Positions 56,877-64,000 of a stretch of DNA of 64,000 nucleotides are shown piece after piece. Every line of letters begins with the position of its first letter. Within the stretch, counting starts at the first letter, position 1. A program made the position numbers and the translations under genes. The stretch covers positions 7,469,751-7,533,750 of the forward strand of contig OZ037773.1 of the NCBI GenBank assembly GCA_964035545.1, given 5' to 3'. This DNA comes from Bugula neritina (lineage: Eukaryota; Animalia; Bryozoa). The notes under the pieces are model-generated. The model saw nothing but the letters and a program-made list of their open reading frames with translations. It had not been told where the DNA came from and did not search any database.

Positions 56877-59800
56877 TTAGTATCCATAGTTGTAACCTAG
56901 ATACAAACAACATATGCACTATATTCATGAAGTGAACAAATTAGAATTAGTCTAACTGAGGCAAACATTTTTACTTTAGTAAATGTTGTAGAAGAATAAA
57001 GCTGGAAGGAGAGCTAGCTATTATTAAACATCATTATTTATATTGATACGTACTGAAAATTTGAAGTTACTTTTTGTTTCAGAGTAAAGATGGAAACTTA
57101 TTTATAGACCGTATATGCACAATAGGTACTGCATTGATTTAAAAGTGTGTACTCTCGCAAACAAAGTGAATTGCCGCTACACATAAATTAACCTTATGAA
57201 GTTATGGGAACATTATACAAATTATATTATATCACTTACGAAAGAAAATTTGGATTAAATTTTCTGGTGTTAGTAAAGTTTAATGTTTAGTTTAGTATAT
57301 CAACTTACACTTCTTGGTGTGATAACAAGCTTTAGTTTCTTGTTTGGATCCATAGCAGTATTTACCACCATAAGCTGGTGGAGGGTTTGTACAGCTTCTG
57401 GTTCTGGTCTGAGAGCCAGTTCCACATGTACCAGAGCAAGAAGACCAGTGAGTCCAGTATGTCCAACCTCCATCAACTGGAAAATGATGCACACATTTAT
57501 TGTTGGTGGTTTCGCTTTGCATTGTTTTCAAAAAGTATCATAATATTATGACAAGTGACAACACCCAAATTTTATTTTTATTAACAAACAGTATTAGCTG
57601 TCTTGATTTGCAAGCCTAGACACCAAAACCCTTTCCATTTATTGTGTAGAAAAGTAGCACATAAAATACTACTATGTAAGCTAATATGTTATGCGCAATT
57701 TTACTTAAAATTACATTTATAGACCCAATTTCTCTTTTGCACTGTATAAAAAAGGAACACCTTTCTTTCTTTACGTACCTTTACATTTCTGGACATTACA
57801 CTTGACTAACTGTTTAGCAATTCCATAGCAATCATCTCCCCCGTAAGATGGAGCTGGGTTGGTACAGGTTCTGGTTCTGTGTTTATCTCCACCTCCACAT
57901 GTGGCTGAACAATCAGAGTAATAGCTCCACTCGCTCCATCCTCCATTTACTGTAAGAGAATAAATTAATTAAAAAACTTTACTTTTGAATAAAATTTGAA
58001 TGATCACGTACATAACATTAGCAGAAGAAAACAATAGTTAAACAATCAAAAAACAAAAGATCAATCATCTGAACATCAAGTTTTGAAGATTTAATATTTC
58101 TGCTATATGTTGGTGGCATAAAAAACGCAATCAATTTTGTTTGATAAAAGAAATATTGCATTTCAAGTTATAATAAGATTGTTGTACCTTTACAGTATTG
58201 AGTGTTGCATGCCACAGTCTCTTTTTCACTTCCATAGCAGTCATCTCCTCCGTAAGATGGAGCTGGGTTGGTACAAGTTCTGGTTTTGTGTTTGTATCCA
58301 CCTCCACATGTGGCTGAGCAAACAGAGTAATGGCTCCACTCACTCCATCCTCCGTGAACTAGTAGAAAACAGATAAAATTTACACCAGTAATATATCTTA
58401 TTGCAGTATTGTAAGCAATAAAATGAACACCCCAATAAATCAACGCGAAAAAGCTGACTATTTAAGCAAATATTTACCTTTACAGTTTTGAGTGTTACAA
58501 GCTACTGTCTCTTTTTCACTTCCATAGCAATCATCTCCTCCGTAAGATGGTGCTGGGTTGGTGCAGGTTCTGGTCTTATGTTTATATCCACCTCCACATG
58601 TGGCTGAACAAACAGAGTAATGGCTCCACTCACTCCATCCTCCATTCACTGTAGAGGCAATAAAGTGCAAAATACAAAAGTGAACCCTTAAGCTCAAACA
58701 AAGCCAATACCAATCCAAGGAATAATACTACTTCAGAGTAACTTAAATTTATTCAAAAAATTGCCAAGTATATGTCCAAGAAATTTTGAATTTTATTTCT
58801 TAATGCTATAAGAACATAAAACTCAAAATTATTATCTCACCCTTGCAGTAATGAGTGTTACATGGTACAACTTCCTTTGCAATGCCATAGCAATCATCTC
58901 CTCCGTAAGATGGTGCTGGGTTGGTACAAGTTCTGGTTCTGTGTTTATCTCCACCTCCACATGTGGCTGAGCAATCAGAGTAATAGCTCCACTCACTCCA
59001 TCCTCCATTAACTAGAAAAAAACAAGTTAATTAAAAAAGTTTTAAATTTGAATAAAATTTGATTGATTACATAACATTAGCAGAAGAAAACAATATTTAG
59101 ACAATCAAAAAACAAAAATTCATTTATCTGAACATCAAGTTTTGAGGATTTAATTTTTCTTTAGTGGCATAAAAGCTCCAATCAATTTTATTTGATAGAA
59201 GAAAAATTGTATTGTAAGTTGTAATAAAATTGTTGTACCTTTACAGTCTTGCGTGTTACATTTCACGACTTCCTTTTCACTTCCGTAGCAATCATCACCT
59301 CCGTAAGATGGCGCTGGGTTGGTACAGGTTCTGGTCTTATGTTTGTATCCACCTCCACATGTGGCTGAACAAACAGAGTAATGGCTCCACTCACTCCATC
59401 CTCCGTGAACTAGTAGAAAACAAATAAAATTTACACCAGTAATATATCTTCTTCCAGTATTGTAAGCAATAAACTGAACACTACCAGTAAACCAAAGCAA
59501 AAAAAAACTGACTATTGAAGCAAATATTTACCTTTACAGTCTTGAGTGTTACAGGCTACTGTCTCTTTTTCACTTCCATAGCAATCATCTCCTCCGTAAG
59601 ATGGTGCTGGGTTGGTACAGGTTCTGGTCTTATGTTTGTATCCACCTCCACATGTGGCTGAACAAACAGAGTAATGGCTCCACTCGCTCCAACCTCCATT
59701 TACTATAGAAGAAATAAAGTGCAAAATTGGAAAGTGAACTTTTAAACCCTTCAGCAAAGCCAATATCAATGAAAGGAATAATACAAATTCCAAGTCGTTT

Positions 59801-62704
59801 GAACGGTAAATTTAAAATAAGAGAGCTTTATTTTTCACTGCTGTGAAAATATAAGTTTTAAAATTATTATCTCACCCTTGCAGTAATGAGTGTTACATGC
59901 TACAACTTCTTTTTCACTTCCATAGCAATTATGTCCTCCGTAAGCAGGAGCTGGGTTGGTACAAGTTCTGGTTCTGTGTTTATCTCCACCTCCACATGTG
60001 GCTGAACAGTCAGAGTAATAGCTCCACTCACTCCATCCTCCATTTACTGTAAGAGAATAAATTGATTAACTAGGTTGAGACTTCAATAAGTTTTTACTGA
60101 TTGCATACATAACAAAGAGGTAAACAATAAATGAATATATAAAAAGTGATTTATCTAAAAATTGAGTCTTAAGGATCTAAACTTTGCATATATGTATTTG
60201 TGCTAGAAAAATAAAATAAAATTCATTTGACAGAAAAAATAATGTATTTTGAGTTATAAGATTGTTGTACCTTTACAGTCATGTGTGTTGCACTTCACAA
60301 TTTCCTTTTCATTTCCGTAACAGTCGTCTCCTCCGTAAGATGGAGCTGGGTTGGTACAAGTTCTGGTTCTGTGTTTATCTCCACCTCCACATGTGGCTGA
60401 ACAATCAGAGTAATAGCTCCACTCACTCCATCCTCCATTAACTAAAAGAATATAAATTAATTGATTAGGTTTAAATTTGAATAAAATTATATTTGTTACA
60501 AACTAAGAGGTACACAATAAATGAATAAATCAAAAAGCAAAACTGATTTATCGAAAAATTTAGATTTAATGATTCAAATTTTCCATGGTGTATTGTTGAC
60601 ACGGAAATACAATTGCATTAGTTTTATTGAAAAAATATTAAATTTTAAGTTATAATAAGATTGTTGTACCTTTACAGTATTGAGTGTTGCATGCCACAGT
60701 CTCTTTTTCACTTCCATAACAATCGTTTCCTCCGTAAGATGGAGCTGGGTTGGTGCAAGTTCTGGTCTTATGTTTGTATCCACCTCCACATGTGACTGAA
60801 CAATCAGAGTAATGGCTCCACTCGCTCCAACCTCCATTAACTAGAAAAACAAAAATGTCCGACATGAAAAAATGAAGCTAAGAGTTTTACTACAAAAAAC
60901 TTTTTAAACTGATAAGAAACACTATATAAGTTTATTATTTCAACATTACTATAAAATATACGTTTTAAAAGTATTAATTTACCCCTGCAGTAATGAGTGT
61001 TGCACTTCACGACTTCTTTTCCACTTCCATAGCAATCATCTCCCCCGTAAGCTGGAGCTGGGTTGGTACAGGTTCTAGTTTTATTTTGGAGTCCACCTCC
61101 ACAGTTAGCTGAACAAGCAGAGTAATAGGTCCACTCGCTCCATCCTCCATTTACTGTAATAAAAACTATTTGTTTGAACAAGAAGCTCCTAAGGTTAGAG
61201 TATGAAAGTTTCTGCTATGACATTTACATCAACTTGGAAAATTAAAAGTATGTTTGCCTCTTTTTAATGTTAAAAAAGTTATTCTTTGAAATTGTCAAAT
61301 ATTGATTAAGCCTCACCTGCACAGTGATTTCCATAGCAAGCTGTAGTTTCAGTAGAGCTACCATAACAATCTGAACCACCATATGATGGAGCTGGGTTGG
61401 TACAAGTTCTAGATCTAGATTTATATCCTGTGCCACATTTCTTAGAACATTCTCCATAATATCCCCACTCACTCCATCCTCCATTTACTAAAATAAAAAA
61501 TAATTTTTGCGCCACAAAGGGTTTTCATTGTTTATAGCTCAAATGTACCTGCGACTACATTCACAAAACCCTAAAAAGGCAACTATTTTTTGGCATCAAT
61601 TTAATGCTTACAATGGCAAAACTTAAGATTGCAAACATAAAAAGACAAACTCAATCTCACCTGCACAGTGAGTCCCATAGCAAGCTGTAGTTTCAGTGGA
61701 GCTACCATAGCAATCTGAACCACCATATGATGGAGCTGGGTTGGTACAGGTTCTAGATCTAGATTTATATCCTGTACCACATTTCTTAGAACATTCTCCA
61801 TAATATCCCCATTCACTCCATCCTCCATTTACTAAAATACAAAAGAATTAAATTATATACTTTTAGCTGCAATGAAATATGATGAAATAGTTGTAACATT
61901 AAATAAACAACAAACCTGAATTGCCAAATTATGTTAAATTGATCTTTTGATATTTTAATTCGCATTAGCTTTTTTATTCTAAAACCATTAAGTTTAATTT
62001 TAAACCTAACTTTCATTATCATTTCACCTTTGCAATATTGTGTGTTGCACTTCACGGTTTCCTTTTCACTTCCATAGCAATCATCTCCTCCGTAAGCTGG
62101 AGCTGGGTTGGTACAAGTTCTAGTTCTAGATTTATATCCTGTACCACAGCTTTTAGAACAATCTCCGTAATATCCCCACTCACTCCATCCTCCATTTACT
62201 GTGAAAATAGTTTTTATATAAAATCCAAATTATTATTGTATTGTTACTTCAAATGCTTGCAACAAGGGCTTGAAATGTTTTTTGATATTGCATGAAGTTG
62301 ATGTTAGTAAAGCTCTACCAGACTTACCTTTACTGTAGTGAGAATACTTGTTAACATAACTGCTATAATTGTAGTTAGCAGCCAAAGCCACGCCTGCATA
62401 AAACAAAGCACACTTTTAATACAGTTCATGTACAAGGTATATAGTTATAATATAACAAAACTCAAAGGGAACTGAAGTATTTTACTGTTTCAAACTGCTT
62501 TCTATCTAACATATTGTTCATATTGGCTACACTGAAAGAGCTACCCTTTTTATTTCCTCAATCAAATAATATTTGCTATTTATGCTCACTTAAGTTGAGC
62601 ATTTAATCTAAACTTTATATGGTGCCCTGGCATATTCTATAATAGATTTAATAATTTTTCTACTCACCTATAACAGCGTAAAAGGCAAAAACCTCAGCTT
62701 TCAT
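56877..62704 (-). CDS. Secreted poly-TSP1-repeat protein 2 (14 TSP1 repeats, ~840 aa)
   Basis: Same layout as gene 1: ATG at 62704 ([12 protein letters not shown]), exon ~62393-62328 ([22 protein letters not shown]), thirteen ~171-bp TSP1 exons from 62198 to 57779, exon ~57476-57309, and a final exon 56896-56877 (CYNYGY*). Confidence 0.88.
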
Positions 62705-62989
62705 GGTAATGACAGTCTATATCTATAAAAATACAAATTGATATAGTTTTAAACAATAATAGATAAGAACTATTTGACGTAATTCACTAAAAGTTTACTT
62801 TCAAATCATAGGTAATAACATATGCAGCAGATTGTTCAATAGTTATATAGGACTTCTATTATATAATTATCACAATTTTTATAAACTAAAAAATGCATCA
62901 AAGCACAATATTCAAAAAACAGTTTTAGCTAAATGCGTTGTTAGTAAAAAATTATTAGATAATTGAAGAATTAACTGTCTCTCAACTCA

Positions 62990-63064
62990 CACTCTGCAGT
63001 ACCAACTCAGTTGAACAGTTTCAATCGTTGTGTGATTAAAACTGATTTCTCGCTTCTTTATATA
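62990..63064 (-). promoter_or_regulatory. TATA box (63057-63064) and non-coding first exon of TSP1 gene 2
   Basis: Paralogous to 52788-52862; gtgag donor near 62990. Confidence 0.55.
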
Positions 63065-64000
63065 CTAAAGGAATTCCACATTATCATCTATATTCAATTG
63101 CACATTTATTACTCAACTTTAACTGTAACTTGATGGTCTTATAATGACTTGACACTATTACCATATTGTTACCTTCCTACTTCAATTAAATTATTTATAA
63201 CGAGTGACTAATATGCAGTAACGTCTTTCATTCAGGAGTGAAATCACTGGAAAGGAGTTGTGCAAGAATGTTTTTAACAAGGAAGTGTTAAACTGCACGT
63301 ACTTTATTTTGGCTTGAATGCATTTTCAGATCAAAATTATTTAAATTAATAAGTGATAATGTGGAAAGGATGCTCATTATACTGGATTGCATGCTTGAAT
63401 CTGTTATACCAGTGCAATATAGCCATTATAACAGCTATTCATTTATTTTTAGGCATGCAAACACAATTTAATTAACACTAGTGCCAGCAAATTGTTTCTA
63501 ATGCATATGGTGTTAAATCGGGTACAAGAACGAGTTTTGCATGAGCAAATAAGCTCAACACAAAACTAATTCATATTATTCTCTATTTGTGTTTACGAAA
63601 TGTTTGCTGTTTAACCAATGCAACAATTTTAAATCAGAAGCTCAATTGAGATCAAGAAGTTTTAGATGCACTAAAAGCTACTAGCAATTACAGCCTGCGT
63701 CTCTGTTTACCTCGTTCTCTGCACTCAAAAGCAGGTCTATAATTCTATTAAACAGTAATATTATACACTGTCAGCGGGTATATTACACAGTAAAAGTGTA
63801 GTAGGCTACAATAACTGTAAAATAGCAATAAATACCTTCAGCTTACTTTCTAAACTCAGGGATGTATCTTGATGCTCCCCATCACAATTAGAGATTGATT
63901 CAAGTTTAAACAGTATGCAGTTCTACATGAATTTTAGAATATTTTTCTAGAATGTATTTGAACTGAAAAATGCAATCTAATTAGAATCTAAAAGTGCTTT

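Larger units (their letters stand above)
45030..64000. repeat. Tandem duplication of an ~8-9 kb unit containing a TSP1-repeat gene (copies ~45030-53820 and ~55830-64000+)
   Basis: Colinear 3' flank, introns, exons and at least 1.3 kb of upstream DNA at an offset of ~10.2-10.8 kb. The second copy runs off the window end. Confidence 0.92.

Noticed and set aside
46560-62200. Regularly spaced direct repeats with variable spacers, superficially CRISPR-like
   Set aside because: The repeats are ~171-bp coding exons bounded by AG/GT in a eukaryotic gene; the spacers are introns; no cas genes.
46557-62295. Alternative-frame and antisense ORFs over the TSP1 exons (MEDGV..., MLYLYS...)
   Set aside because: Shadows of the repeated coding exons; they recur only because the exons recur.
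46133-62704. Naming the TSP1 genes hemicentin, SCO-spondin, properdin or ADAMTS
   Set aside because: The repeats are similar, but the models have their own start and stop and lack the defining additional domains; orthology cannot be supported.

Overview
AT-rich, intron-containing eukaryotic DNA, most likely from an invertebrate; the taxon cannot be fixed from the sequence. There are three zones. (1) 1-23 kb holds a cluster of tiny, spliced genes that the ORF track misses or captures only in part. They encode secreted cysteine-stabilised alpha/beta (CSab, defensin/scorpion-toxin-like) peptides: 7 apparently intact genes on both strands plus at least 5 decayed copies. All share one layout: a 16-17-codon signal-peptide exon, a phase-1 intron and a mature-peptide exon, usually preceded by a TATA box and a non-coding exon. 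The CxxxC...CxC core is kept throughout, but members carry 6, 5 or only 4 cysteines. A Penelope-like retroelement fragment with a minimal hammerhead ribozyme and tRNA-derived SINEs are interspersed. (2) 24.7-44.1 kb (+) appears to be one large multi-exon gene for a type I membrane protein: signal peptide, about 3 PAN/apple-like modules, a LamG/pentraxin-like region, a Ser/Thr stalk, about 7 TSP1-like repeats, a TM helix and a basic tail. (3) 45-64 kb (-) holds two tandemly duplicated genes for secreted proteins made almost entirely of TSP1 repeats (16 and 14 repeats, one phase-1 exon each). They show exon gain/loss by unequal crossover and a near-perfect 289-bp exon+intron triplication. All gene models were spliced by hand from GT/AG sites and need transcript confirmation.
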